Of a stretch of DNA of 64,000 nt, positions 39,355-49,300 are shown piece after piece. Made by a program: the position numbers and the translations under genes. The notes under the pieces were generated by a model. That model was not told the origin of the DNA. It was given only the letters and a program-made list of their open reading frames with translations, and ran no database searches. Position 1 is the stretch's first letter; each line of letters opens with the position of its first letter. Source of the DNA: Candidatus Poribacteria bacterium (GTDB lineage: Bacteria > Poribacteria > WGA-4E > PCPOR2b); the NCBI GenBank assembly GCA_965208675.1, contig OZ242351.1, forward strand, positions 2,912,001 through 2,976,000, written 5' to 3'.

Positions 39355-40917
39355 ATGACAAAACTCAACGACGTGAACACAACTGACATCCACGACGCCA
39401 TTTCTCTAGGTTGTCGCACCATGTGCAGCGTTTTCAACGCGGACGACAATGACATCCCCTTTTTCGGGTCGCTTGTGCGCCCTGATGCGAAGTTGACCTT
39501 CGCTTCGTATGCTTCGGAGTCCCATGTTCCAGGACGTCACTTAAACGCATTGTTAAATGCCGAAGATGCTATCGGTATCGACCTGGACGAGGATGCAATC
39601 GAAAAGCATGCGAATGCCGCATTCTATTCTTATAGCGGCCCGATACCGCTGCCCTTGAATCGCGAGACAATCGACGGCGAACTAAAGAATTGTATCGCAC
39701 ACAATATTCGAGAAGGCTTTCATGCGCTCTACGCACTTGCCAAATACCGGCAGTCCGAGCAAGCCTGCCGCTTAGCCGAGGACTCAATCGCCGCCATTTT
39801 CGAATACTGGGCCCCATCGCACGCCTGGGATCGGGAACGCATAGAAGAAATGGGGTTGAGAGCCCCTGGCGATGCATTCGTTACCGGTTTGGCGCGTGCA
39901 ATCGGTCCGCTGGTAAAATACTACGAAGCTACGGGATACGGTCCCGCCTTGGATTTAGCAATCGTCCTCAAGGAGAAAACCATCAACGGAGTCTTCACTG
40001 AGGAGGGCGGATACGACCCGGCGATTTTTGCGACCCATACTCATTCGACCACCTGCATCATGTCATCGCTTGCTCAACTCGCGGACCTAACAAGTGATTC
40101 AACACTCATGAATCGAGTGAAAGCCTTTTACGACAACGGACTCTGGGACATTCGCGATGCGCTTGGTTGGGTAATTGAGTCTAGCCGCGAGGATGCATCC
40201 CCGGATAACGGCGAAGTGAATAACACCGGGGACATCGTTGAAACAGCGTTGATTCTAGGCAGTTGGGGTTACACGGATTATTACGGGGACGCTGAGCGTA
40301 TTTTGCGCGGACACCTGCTCCCTTCCCAACTACGCGACATCTCCTTTATCGAAGAGCCGCCCAACCCGGAGGGCGAAGACGGCAAGCGCGATGTTGCCAA
40401 CAGGCATCAAGGCGCATTCGGCTTCCCTGCACCTTACGGTCACCAAGCAGTTGAAACCTCCCACGTGAGTTTCAACATGGACATCGTCGGCGGCGCGGTA
40501 GGTTCATTGTGTGAGGTATATCGGGAGGCAACACGGTTCGATTCCGCCGGACATTGGGTCAACCTTCTTTTCGATCACGAAACAGATGCAATCAATGTTC
40601 AATCCCCTTATACCGAATCGGCGTTACGTATTAGGACAAAATACCCCGCCCCCTTATTCGTCCGCATTCCTTCTTGGGTTGAGCCGGCGAGTATAACGGT
40701 AGAGGGAACATCTGAATCGCCAACGCACACTAACGGCTATCTTTTTATTGCTGAACCCCCAGTGAATCGGGTGTTGTCCTTTAAATTCGCCATCCCAGAG
40801 CAGGAAATTCAATTAAAACACCGCACAAGGGAGATTCGTACTCGGCTTCGGGGTGATGCGGTGGTTGCCATGCAGAACTTCGGCGCGGATCTTACGTTCT
40901 TCGATCCAATCGATTAA
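39355..40917 (+). CDS. Hypothetical protein, possible (alpha/alpha)6 glycosidase-like (GH127-like)
   Basis: HTHS, GEVNNTGD, AERILRGHLL; C-terminal beta region LFVRIPSW..NGYL. Confidence 0.55.
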   Translation: MTKLNDVNTTDIHDAISLGCRTMCSVFNADDNDIPFFGSLVRPDAKLTFASYASESHVPGRHLNALLNAEDAIGIDLDEDAIEKHANAAFYSYSGPIPLPLNRETIDGELKNCIAHNIREGFHALYALAKYRQSEQACRLAEDSIAAIFEYWAPSHAWDRERIEEMGLRAPGDAFVTGLARAIGPLVKYYEATGYGPALDLAIVLKEKTINGVFTEEGGYDPAIFATHTHSTTCIMSSLAQLADLTSDSTLMNRVKAFYDNGLWDIRDALGWVIESSREDASPDNGEVNNTGDIVETALILGSWGYTDYYGDAERILRGHLLPSQLRDISFIEEPPNPEGEDGKRDVANRHQGAFGFPAPYGHQAVETSHVSFNMDIVGGAVGSLCEVYREATRFDSAGHWVNLLFDHETDAINVQSPYTESALRIRTKYPAPLFVRIPSWVEPASITVEGTSESPTHTNGYLFIAEPPVNRVLSFKFAIPEQEIQLKHRTREIRTRLRGDAVVAMQNFGADLTFFDPID

Positions 40918-41003
40918 ACTGCGCGCACTGCTACAATGAACATTAACTCTGCTTGGGTGTTACAACGCTGAATGGGGCTAATTCAGACTTGTGACGCGAA
41001 AGG

Positions 41004-42179
41004 CTAACTTGCGTATGCGTCCTCTACGTCTCGCCATTGCCCAGTTTCCCACGAACGTTGTATCGCAGCCTGCACCTGTGCTACTGCTAAAGCTTCTGCG
41101 AAGCCGGGTGCAGCTTGCCGGCCGTCTAGGATAGACTTTAAGAATTGGTGGGCTTCAATGACCTTGAGTTCTTCATACCCTAAACCAATGCCCGGACCGG
41201 GATTAAATCGGGAATGGAAAGCATGCTCCGGTCCGCCTACTATGCGAACAAAACCTTCATGGGTATTGTTGTCATCTGGAAGATAGAGTTGGAGTTCATT
41301 CATCCGTTCAAAGTCCCAACTCAATGCCCCGCGCGTACCGTTCACCTCGAACGCCATGGGAGATTTCAAGCCGCTTATAATCCGGCATGCCTCTAGCGTA
41401 CCATGTGCTCCATTGGCAAATTGCACCAGTGCGCCCGCATAGTCTTCGTTAGTTACATCTCCCATCGGTCCCGCCGTGCGAGCTGTCGTATGTGTAACTT
41501 CGCCGGGTTTGGGTAGTGGACGTTGCGGGATAAACGTCTCACGATTCCCAATCACGCACTTTATTGGTCCCGCAATCATATGCGCCATATCAATCACATG
41601 CGACAGCAAATCTCCCAAAGTTCCTAACCCGGAAAGTTCTCGCTGAAACCGCCACGACAGTACCGTTTGAGGATTACTAGCCCAGCCTGTAAAGAATGTG
41701 CCCCGGTAGTGGGTTAGCGTACCCAAACGTCCATTCTGAATCAACTGGTGTGCGTACTGCACAAGCGGTGCCCACCTGTAATTGAACCCCACGAAAGTCA
41801 GAATACCCGCCCGGCGCGCCGTACGTTCTATTTCTTCTGTTTCCATCGGGTTTCGGCCAACAGGTTTTTCACAGAAGATGTGCTTACCCGCTTCGGCTGC
41901 TAACCGGGCAATTTCAAGATGGACGTTGTTCGATGCGGCAATATTCACTACTTCAACAGCCGGATCCGCGATTACTTGTCTCCAATCTACGGTGTGCCGT
42001 TCAAAACCGAACCGCGTTTTCGCTTGGCGTGCACGGTCTTCCGCCTCGTCCGCGCAAATTACCAGACGGGGTTGGATGCCGCTGTCATGAAATCGATGCG
42101 GAATCTCCCGGTAGGAGCGGCTGTGTGTCATCCCCATCCAGCCTACACCAATCACGCCAATCCCAATGTTTCGCGTCAC
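41004..42179 (-). CDS. Gfo/Idh/MocA oxidoreductase (inositol dehydrogenase-like)
   Basis: [29 protein letters not shown]. Confidence 0.92.
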   Translation of the reverse strand: MTRNIGIGVIGVGWMGMTHSRSYREIPHRFHDSGIQPRLVICADEAEDRARQAKTRFGFERHTVDWRQVIADPAVEVVNIAASNNVHLEIARLAAEAGKHIFCEKPVGRNPMETEEIERTARRAGILTFVGFNYRWAPLVQYAHQLIQNGRLGTLTHYRGTFFTGWASNPQTVLSWRFQRELSGLGTLGDLLSHVIDMAHMIAGPIKCVIGNRETFIPQRPLPKPGEVTHTTARTAGPMGDVTNEDYAGALVQFANGAHGTLEACRIISGLKSPMAFEVNGTRGALSWDFERMNELQLYLPDDNNTHEGFVRIVGGPEHAFHSRFNPGPGIGLGYEELKVIEAHQFLKSILDGRQAAPGFAEALAVAQVQAAIQRSWETGQWRDVEDAYAS

Positions 42180-42295
42180 GGTTGCTCTCCTTCGCTTTCA
42201 AATTTTGGCGAATCCGGTTGAAGCGATAAATGCAGCTCGGCGATACGAACTTACGCTCATACTCGCCTCCAGCAAAACAGCGCCGGCACGCCCTA

Positions 42296-43567
42296 CTAAC
42301 CTGCAATCAACCGGCGGATGCGTTCGTCAAGTGCTTTTTGATCGGTAGCAAACGAGGCGAGTCCGGCGAGGTTCAAGAGCGTGTCGATCGCAAGTCCACC
42401 TGACTTGACGCGCTCTTCCCAGATTTCATGCTTCGGTATCTTGCCATCGGAAGCGATTTTGTCAAGATCTGCCATGGATAATCTAGGAAACAAATCGCCG
42501 GCACCCATGTCATGCGCCTGTATCACCAACTCTTCCGCCGTCTGAGGCGTATCGGTCGTAATACTTTCAACTAGCCTACGCTCTGATTCTGCAACTTCCC
42601 ACAACGTATGTAGACGCAAATCCGATGCACTGACCTCGTCGTTGAGACGTATCGGATAATCGCTGTCAACTTTGTAGTCCCACTCCCCTGAAAGTTCCTT
42701 TTTGGCAGCAGCAGCAACCTTTACGGGCATCGTGATAACATCAATTCCTGCCAAATCCGCAAGCTGCCCAGCTCCTCGCAAGCTCGCGGCGATTTGTTGC
42801 GTCGGTACTTGAGTACCCTGAGCCAGGTCATTAACGGCTCGTTGGCTCGCAAGTGCAGATTTTTCACCAACCAACCGTCCGTCCCCCAATTGATTGTCAA
42901 CCATGTAAGCATTTAGCCGACCAAGAAACACGTTTACGTACGAAGGCGCGCCAAATGCTGTTGCTATGAAGTTATGCCGCGCACTGAACCCCAAAGTGAA
43001 ATTAACCGGTACGCCTGTTTCTCGTAAACGGCGCGTAGCAATTAGGCCCGCTGGCGTCAGCGGTATTTTGATGATAAAGGCGTCGGGGCAAATATTATAA
43101 TACCGGTGACCATACGATACGCTTCTCTCGATGTCGTGAGCCAAATCCGTATGTAGCTCGACGCTCACTTTGCCGCCGAATCGTTGTGCTAGACGAAGTC
43201 CATGATGGGCATTTAAGACAAACGCAATCTCGATAATTTGTGTCCGCGTATCCAACCCAGAAAGCGTACCGGCAGCTTTCTGAATCAAATCATCGTATAT
43301 ACCCTTTTGCACCTCGGCGTTAAGCAACGTGTTGTTCGTCGTTAGCGCCGTGAATTCGTCGGTCCAAAGCGGTGTTGCTCCGTCAATATCACCTGTGTCA
43401 AGCCAAAGTTCAGTGCCAATGTCACACAACGCGCTCCAAAATGGATCTGATTCGGTGTCAAGACGTTCGCCATGTATATCAGCACCATCCTTTACAAAAT
43501 CGTGGATTGGGTCAACGATATTCACAGCAGGTTCCACCGGCTGCGTTAGTGTGTTTTCGCTAGACAT
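42296..43567 (-). CDS. Transaldolase family protein
   Basis: LWLDTGD, LTTNNTL, SVELH, IKIP Schiff-base Lys, NFTLGFS, FLGRL, AASLR. Confidence 0.88.
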   Translation of the reverse strand: MSSENTLTQPVEPAVNIVDPIHDFVKDGADIHGERLDTESDPFWSALCDIGTELWLDTGDIDGATPLWTDEFTALTTNNTLLNAEVQKGIYDDLIQKAAGTLSGLDTRTQIIEIAFVLNAHHGLRLAQRFGGKVSVELHTDLAHDIERSVSYGHRYYNICPDAFIIKIPLTPAGLIATRRLRETGVPVNFTLGFSARHNFIATAFGAPSYVNVFLGRLNAYMVDNQLGDGRLVGEKSALASQRAVNDLAQGTQVPTQQIAASLRGAGQLADLAGIDVITMPVKVAAAAKKELSGEWDYKVDSDYPIRLNDEVSASDLRLHTLWEVAESERRLVESITTDTPQTAEELVIQAHDMGAGDLFPRLSMADLDKIASDGKIPKHEIWEERVKSGGLAIDTLLNLAGLASFATDQKALDERIRRLIAG

Positions 43568-43914
43568 GATCACTCCTTCCAAAATAGAATGTACGAGATG
43601 TAGAAAAAGGGACGCGGAGGGATGTTGCCCGTCCTCATAAAACCCACGGCTGAATAGATTTCGGTCAAGATAGACCCTGTTCCGAAATGGTTGGGGCTAA
43701 AAGATGATAGGTTTGCGATGGTAAATTATACCATTTCTGATAGGAAACTTCCCATAAAATCGATATTATATCCGGTTGAACCTCTCAAAAGAATGGCTAG
43801 GGAAGATAAAGAACATGCGCGAGCAAAAAGATTTTTACGCTCCACTTGCCTCCTGAAACGCATGTGGTGTCTTAGGTGGGCTTACATGCTAATTGATTAT
43901 TCGCATTCCATCAA

Positions 43915-45054
43915 CTAACTGCTGTCAGTTACTTTATTCTGAAAAGCTTCCGCTGCACGAGTATCTTGGCTATCCATTTTCAGTGGTGATTTAAGCGTGC
44001 CGGAATCGCCGCTGCCGCGTATCACCACTGCAGGCTCAACCGCTCTTAGCTGAACTTGATCGTCGACCTTAAACGGACAGCGGTGGTCGGTCTGAACAAT
44101 GTAACCCTGTTCTCCGATTTTGACACGGTAGGTCAAATCATGCCCCTTAAACTCGCGCATCGCAATTTTACCTCGCAAACCATTCGGGTGGACCTCATTG
44201 CAACGCTCAATAGTAAGATGTTCTGGACGAATCGAAAGCAGCACCTTCCCTTCCGCATGGCAATCGAGTGGAAGTCTGCCGAGCGGAGTATCGGCGCAAT
44301 CCCCCTTGGCTTCGCCGGAAATCAGGTTCGTCTTACCAAGAAACTCTGCCACGAACGGCGTTTGGGGACAGTGATAGATTGATTCGGGCGTCCCGATTTG
44401 TTCAATCTGTCCGTTTTGCATTACAGCGATCCGATTGGCCAAACAGAGCGCTTCCTCTTGGTCGTGTGTGACCAACACTGCGCTCATCCCAGTCTTTTTC
44501 AACAACTCCCGCACCTCTTCGCGGGTAGTATGGCGCAACTCAGCATCAAGGTTAGAAAAAGGTTCGTCCAACAGAATTAACCGCGGACCTGGAGCAATTG
44601 ACCGAGCCAATGCGACACGTTGTTGCTCTCCCCCCGAAAGCTCATGAGGTTTCCTGTCTTTGATGGAAATCAGGTCGACCAACTCCATCACCTCTAAACA
44701 TCGCTCGCGAAGCAATTTAGAGGTCAGTTTCCTGAGCCCAAATCCGACATTATCCATGACGCTGAGATGCGGAAAAAGGGCGTAGTCCTGAAAGACAAAT
44801 CCGATCCCCCGTGTATTCGCTGACAGGTGTACTTCCGTGCTTACAAGAAGCCGATCTTCCAGATAAATCTCGCCTGCATCAGGGTGCTCAAAGCCTGCAA
44901 TCACTCGTAAGGTCGTTGTCTTCCCGCAACCGCTCGGTCCCAAAAGCGCGAAAATTTCGCCGGCGTAAACATCAAAACTCACCTGTACCACTACAGGCCC
45001 AAGGTGAGGAGCAAGTTGCTTGGTAAGATTTCGCACACTAAGCAGGGGTTTCAT
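43915..45054 (-). CDS. Fe3+ ABC transporter ATP-binding protein (FbpC/FutC-like)
   Basis: GPSGCGKT, LSGGEQQR, LLDEP, TOBE domain. Confidence 0.92.
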   Translation of the reverse strand: MKPLLSVRNLTKQLAPHLGPVVVQVSFDVYAGEIFALLGPSGCGKTTTLRVIAGFEHPDAGEIYLEDRLLVSTEVHLSANTRGIGFVFQDYALFPHLSVMDNVGFGLRKLTSKLLRERCLEVMELVDLISIKDRKPHELSGGEQQRVALARSIAPGPRLILLDEPFSNLDAELRHTTREEVRELLKKTGMSAVLVTHDQEEALCLANRIAVMQNGQIEQIGTPESIYHCPQTPFVAEFLGKTNLISGEAKGDCADTPLGRLPLDCHAEGKVLLSIRPEHLTIERCNEVHPNGLRGKIAMREFKGHDLTYRVKIGEQGYIVQTDHRCPFKVDDQVQLRAVEPAVVIRGSGDSGTLKSPLKMDSQDTRAAEAFQNKVTDSS

Positions 45055-46615
45055 GGGAAATCCTTTCCTGGACAAGCAGAAGTCCCACAAACAGTGCCGA
45101 GAATAGCAGAATCGCCAGCGCATACGGCGCCGCTTTCGCAAATTCAACTTCGTTTGTGTAACTCCAGACGTTTACCGCCAACGTCTCGTACCCCGCGGGA
45201 GAGAGCAAGACCGTGAGATGAAGTTCTTTCATGGCAGAGAGAAAAACTAAAGCCGTACTCGCCGTAAGCCCGCCGCGTAAATGCGGAAACGTCGCCTTGA
45301 AAAACGCCCGCAGAGGCGTATAGCCAAGGGACTTAGCTGCCTCCTCCAATCGAGGCGGCGCCTGATAGAGCGCACCTCGGACGGGCCCAATAGATTCAGC
45401 GAGGAAGTGCAATGTGTAGGCAAAAACCAAGACCCAAAGCGTCTGATAAATACCGGATAGTGGTAGCGTGAAGAAGATGAGCGCAAGAGCAAGTGCCACG
45501 GGCGGCGTCGCGTAACCCAAATATGCCACACGTTCTAGGAGTCGGGAGAGGAACGTGGGGTAACGCACGCCCAAATATGCGAGCGGCACCGCGAAACAAG
45601 TGGAGAGAAGCGCAGCGGGAGCGGAAGCAAAGACTGATCCAGAGAGCGCCTCGTACAGGGATTGAATATTTGAAGGTACATTTTCCTTCAGCATCCAGAA
45701 ACAGATTGTGACAGTCGGTAGAATTACGCTTGCGGATGCTAAAACGCCAAGGAAAATGTATGCAGGCCCCTGCCAAGCACCAAGCGGAATTAACGGCACT
45801 TTTCGTGGCGGACCGCTTCCCGTGCGGTGAAGTTTAGCGCCGCGCAACAGTTTAGCCTCTATGGCGATGAAGACGCCGGCAAGTGCGAGAAGCATCAATG
45901 CCAGCCAAGCCGCGTAGGTGCGGTCGAAGGACTGCCTTTGCGAGTAAAGCGCGTAACTATAGGTTTCGTAGCCCATCAATGAAACCACGCCAAAATCTCC
46001 GAGAACGTGCAGCCCGACGATTAGCCCGCCAGCGTAAAGCGTCGGGCGAAGTTGCGGCATAACCACATATCGGGAAACTTCCCATGTCCTGTATCCCAAA
46101 CTTTGCGCAGATTCTTCAAGCGCGGCGTCAAGTCCCAACAACGCTGAACGTATATTCATGAAAAGATATGGAAACGTGCAGAAACTTAGTGCAATGAGCG
46201 CACCCCAAAAACCGCTAAGACGCGGTAACCTAAACCCGAATAGACTCGCTACAACTCCATCGGGTCCGCTCAGTCCCAACAGTGTGTACGCCATTACGTA
46301 ACCCGGAATCGCCAGCGGCAATACACCCAACAAGGTAAAAATCCGGTTGCCTCTGAGTTCCGCGCGGGTGGTGAGCCACGCAAGAGGCGTTGCCAATAAC
46401 CCGCCGACGGCAAGGACCCCAGCGGCAAGGAGAAATGTATTCACAAAGAGGTACAGATTTCTCGCGCGGAAGACTATCTGAGTGAGATCGGCTGCTTCTG
46501 CTTGGAAGGCTCGGACGAGCAGGTAAGCCAACGGCAAGAGAACCCCTGTTCCTACCGCAATCGCAGGAAGCGTTAAGTACCAGGGAGAAAGTTGGCGCGC
46601 GAGAAGAATTCTCAT
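45038..46615 (-). CDS. Fe3+ ABC transporter permease (FbpB/FutB-like)
   Basis: Two EAA loops (LEESAQSLG, LEEAAKSLG); LAIPGYV. Confidence 0.92.
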   Translation of the reverse strand: MRILLARQLSPWYLTLPAIAVGTGVLLPLAYLLVRAFQAEAADLTQIVFRARNLYLFVNTFLLAAGVLAVGGLLATPLAWLTTRAELRGNRIFTLLGVLPLAIPGYVMAYTLLGLSGPDGVVASLFGFRLPRLSGFWGALIALSFCTFPYLFMNIRSALLGLDAALEESAQSLGYRTWEVSRYVVMPQLRPTLYAGGLIVGLHVLGDFGVVSLMGYETYSYALYSQRQSFDRTYAAWLALMLLALAGVFIAIEAKLLRGAKLHRTGSGPPRKVPLIPLGAWQGPAYIFLGVLASASVILPTVTICFWMLKENVPSNIQSLYEALSGSVFASAPAALLSTCFAVPLAYLGVRYPTFLSRLLERVAYLGYATPPVALALALIFFTLPLSGIYQTLWVLVFAYTLHFLAESIGPVRGALYQAPPRLEEAAKSLGYTPLRAFFKATFPHLRGGLTASTALVFLSAMKELHLTVLLSPAGYETLAVNVWSYTNEVEFAKAAPYALAILLFSALFVGLLLVQERISHETPA

Positions 46616-47610
46616 AGCAGACCGACCTTCCTCAATAGTTTCAGCGTACCATCCAGATCGTCTAAATCCTCTAGGTTTAGCGCTGGTATCTGATTGAGAA
46701 GGTCGTCCAGAGACAGCAGTTGGGCGTTGGGAATCACCTTATCCGTAACCGGGTACTCGAAGACTTCGCTCGTAAAGAACTGCTGTGCTTTGATGGATAT
46801 TAAAAACTCGATGAAAGCCAACGCTTCTTCAGACCGCTTACTGCTCTTCAGTAGCGCAATGCCAGCCACGTTGACTAGATTTCCCGCGTCGCCGGCTTTG
46901 AAGAAGGTCTGATCGACCGGGAACTTTGCATTGCCCTTTTTGAAGCGCAAGAGATAGTAGTGGTTTGGCAATCCTAAATCAATCTCTCCAGCGGCAAGCG
47001 CCTGGATAATCGGGGTGTTCTTCGCATAATTTTTGGTTTTGTTTTCCCTCATAGCTCGCAGCCAGCTCTCGGTTTTCTTCTCGCCTTCCAAAACTCGCAT
47101 TGCGGTTACGAAAGCTTGGAACGATGCGTTCTGTGGCGCCCAACCGATTCGGCCCTTCCACATGGGATGGGTGAGGTCAAATATACTATCGGGTAACGCT
47201 TTCGGGTTGACGCGTTCCGGCGAGTAGGCAAGAACGCGCGCTCGGCCGCTGGTTGCAACCCACGTGCCGTCAACGTTTCGAAAGCGTTCTGGAGATTCGG
47301 ATAAAATCCTGTCGGGCAATCGGCTGAAGATATTTTGCTTGCTCAACGCACCCAGTGCGCCGGCATCCTGAGCCCAAAACAGATCTGACGGGCTCTTTGC
47401 GCCCTCTTCCAGTATAGCAACCGCCAACTGGGCGGTGTCGCCGTATCGAACTTTGACTTCTGTACCGTTCTCCTTCTCAAACTGTTTAATGATTGGCTCG
47501 ACTAGACTTTTGCTTCTCCCGGAATACATCACCAATTCCTTGGCATCTGTTGTTCCGAATATTGTTGCACTTAAAAGTAAACCTAAAATTCCAGCGGAAT
47601 ATCTCAACAT
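46612..47610 (-). CDS. Fe3+ ABC transporter substrate-binding protein (FbpA/FutA-like)
   Basis: YSGR, EEGAKSPSDLF, NHYY iron-binding tyrosine pair. Confidence 0.92.
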   Translation of the reverse strand: MLRYSAGILGLLLSATIFGTTDAKELVMYSGRSKSLVEPIIKQFEKENGTEVKVRYGDTAQLAVAILEEGAKSPSDLFWAQDAGALGALSKQNIFSRLPDRILSESPERFRNVDGTWVATSGRARVLAYSPERVNPKALPDSIFDLTHPMWKGRIGWAPQNASFQAFVTAMRVLEGEKKTESWLRAMRENKTKNYAKNTPIIQALAAGEIDLGLPNHYYLLRFKKGNAKFPVDQTFFKAGDAGNLVNVAGIALLKSSKRSEEALAFIEFLISIKAQQFFTSEVFEYPVTDKVIPNAQLLSLDDLLNQIPALNLEDLDDLDGTLKLLRKVGLL

Positions 47611-47671
47611 TGTAATCTCCCGTTGCTGTAATATTGGATTCAAGGCGCAAAGGGATTTATAGCTTCCCCAC

Positions 47672-47734
47672 TTGACATCTAGAACCACGCTCAACTATAC
47701 TATTATGTGTGTACTCAAATTTGAACGGTTCTCA
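47672..47734 (+). promoter_or_regulatory. bfr promoter with downstream Fur-box-like palindrome
   Basis: TTGACA-N18-TATACT (47672-47701); TTTGAAC-G-GTTCTCA (47720-47734). Confidence 0.55.
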
Positions 47735-47770
47735 TAAAGGCTAACACTTCCAAGCGTAAAGGAGAAAACA

Positions 47771-48250
47771 ATGGACGGCCATCCCGAAATCATCGAAGTA
47801 CTTAACGAAGTATTAACATCCGAACTAACTGCAATCAATCAATATTTTGCCCACTCCGAAATTTGTGAAAATTGGCAATACCATCATCTCCACCAAGCTA
47901 TTCGTGAGCATGCGATCGGAGAAATGAGGCACGCCGAAAAACTTATCGCGCGGATTCTGTATCTCAACGGAATGCCTAACATGATGCGGTATTTTGAGAT
48001 TAGGATTGGCACGACTGTCGAAGAAATGATGGATAACGACCTTGACCTTGAGAAAGAAGCTGTTGAGCGGCTGAATGAATTCATTGAACTCGCTATTACC
48101 CACAAAGACGCCGGTTCACGAGAACTTCTAGAGGAGATTCTCAAAGATGAGGAAGACCACGTCGACTGGATTGAAGCCCAGTTAGATCAGATTAACCAAA
48201 TGGGAATCCAAAACTACCTTGCACAACAGGTTGGCACCGACGAAGCTTAA
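47771..48250 (+). CDS. bfr: Bacterioferritin
   Basis: ELTAINQY, EMRHA (heme Met), RILYL, DEEDH. Confidence 0.95.
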   Translation: MDGHPEIIEVLNEVLTSELTAINQYFAHSEICENWQYHHLHQAIREHAIGEMRHAEKLIARILYLNGMPNMMRYFEIRIGTTVEEMMDNDLDLEKEAVERLNEFIELAITHKDAGSRELLEEILKDEEDHVDWIEAQLDQINQMGIQNYLAQQVGTDEA

Positions 48251-48397
48251 CCAGCTCCGCTCCAAACAGTAGCAAGTCGCTTACCCCAAGGTAACAGCAG
48301 GATCACTCTTGAACGAGTTGCCGGGCGCACCCATTACCTTCCAACCCAAACCACCGAATTGACTTTCGCCCTCGCTTTGAAAAAGTTGCCAAAATAT

Positions 48398-48465
48398 GAT
48401 AATGAGACTCAGTTTCACTTGCTCGCCAAGTCGTAATTATAGCACTTACATCAATTGCATGTCAA
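48398..48465 (-). promoter_or_regulatory. Consensus sigma70 promoter plus Fur box facing the bfr 3' end
   Basis: TTGACA-N18-TATAAT (48465-48436); GATAATGAGACTCAGTTTC (48398-48416) matches 15/19 of the Fur consensus. Confidence 0.6.
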
Positions 48466-48609
48466 AGATTTTTGAACCGCCTCATTCAAGAACGGAATAC
48501 TCCGCTTGAATAGAAACGAGTTTTTCGCAAAAAACCTGGTTGCTGTTGCACAATCACAATTTTGTGTCGGTGCTCGCCGCATAAATCGCTTGCCGTATCC
48601 TGAATGCAC

Positions 48610-49197
48610 TCAGTTTTTTCCAACATTCCCACCGAATTTGATGTTAGACCGCTCTGCTGCAGCAGCAACCTCACGCACAATTCTCATGGTTAATTCGGCT
48701 AAGTTCTGTGCGAACATTTGACTCCCGTTATTCGATTCTGCAACCTCGCGGTAGCGGGTGCCGCTACGTAACGTTGTCAACCGATGATTCGCAATGCCGA
48801 GTGCGCTCGCAACTAGTTCGGTGGGCACATGAAGCGTATCCGTCGAAGGTGTTACACCTGTTGTCAGTTCAACTTGTGTGTTGGCTTCAGAAGATTGCGC
48901 CGCTATTTGCTCACCATCAAGGGGATTCCCCGCCAAAAAAGCTTCTTGGCGGGACTCAATAACCTCAATAACCTGTTCGGCCGCCGCTTGTTCCGCAAGT
49001 CGCTTTGAGCCGGAAATCGGCGCAGGAGTAATGTAACTAGATTGTCCGTACTTAACGGTTACAATCCAGCTAGGCGAGTCCGGTTTTCCCTGTTGTCTAG
49101 ATTCGTACAACGGTTCTCCAAGGTTCCTCGTATGACAGAGTTGTTGAAGCACCCCTTTGTAATTCTGAATTTCACTCTGAGTTGTCATCTCTGACAT
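48610..49197 (-). CDS. Protein with N-terminal double-stranded RNA binding motif
   Basis: NYKGVLQQLC..LGEPLY..SKRLAEQAAA resembles the RNase III dsRBD. Confidence 0.75.
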   Translation of the reverse strand: MSEMTTQSEIQNYKGVLQQLCHTRNLGEPLYESRQQGKPDSPSWIVTVKYGQSSYITPAPISGSKRLAEQAAAEQVIEVIESRQEAFLAGNPLDGEQIAAQSSEANTQVELTTGVTPSTDTLHVPTELVASALGIANHRLTTLRSGTRYREVAESNNGSQMFAQNLAELTMRIVREVAAAAERSNIKFGGNVGKN

Positions 49198-49300
49198 ATG
49201 AATCTCCCAATTAAATCTGAAAAGGCGATGAAAAGGTGTTTTACTATAGATAGTGGCTCTTAATCGACATAGATTGCGATTAGCGTAAATATGTTAGTGC

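Noticed and set aside
3612-48465. Lineage-specific 18-bp promoter spacing
   Set aside because: Four examples have 18 bp, but similar candidates at about 15638, 54183 and 61814 have 17 bp; the sample is too small
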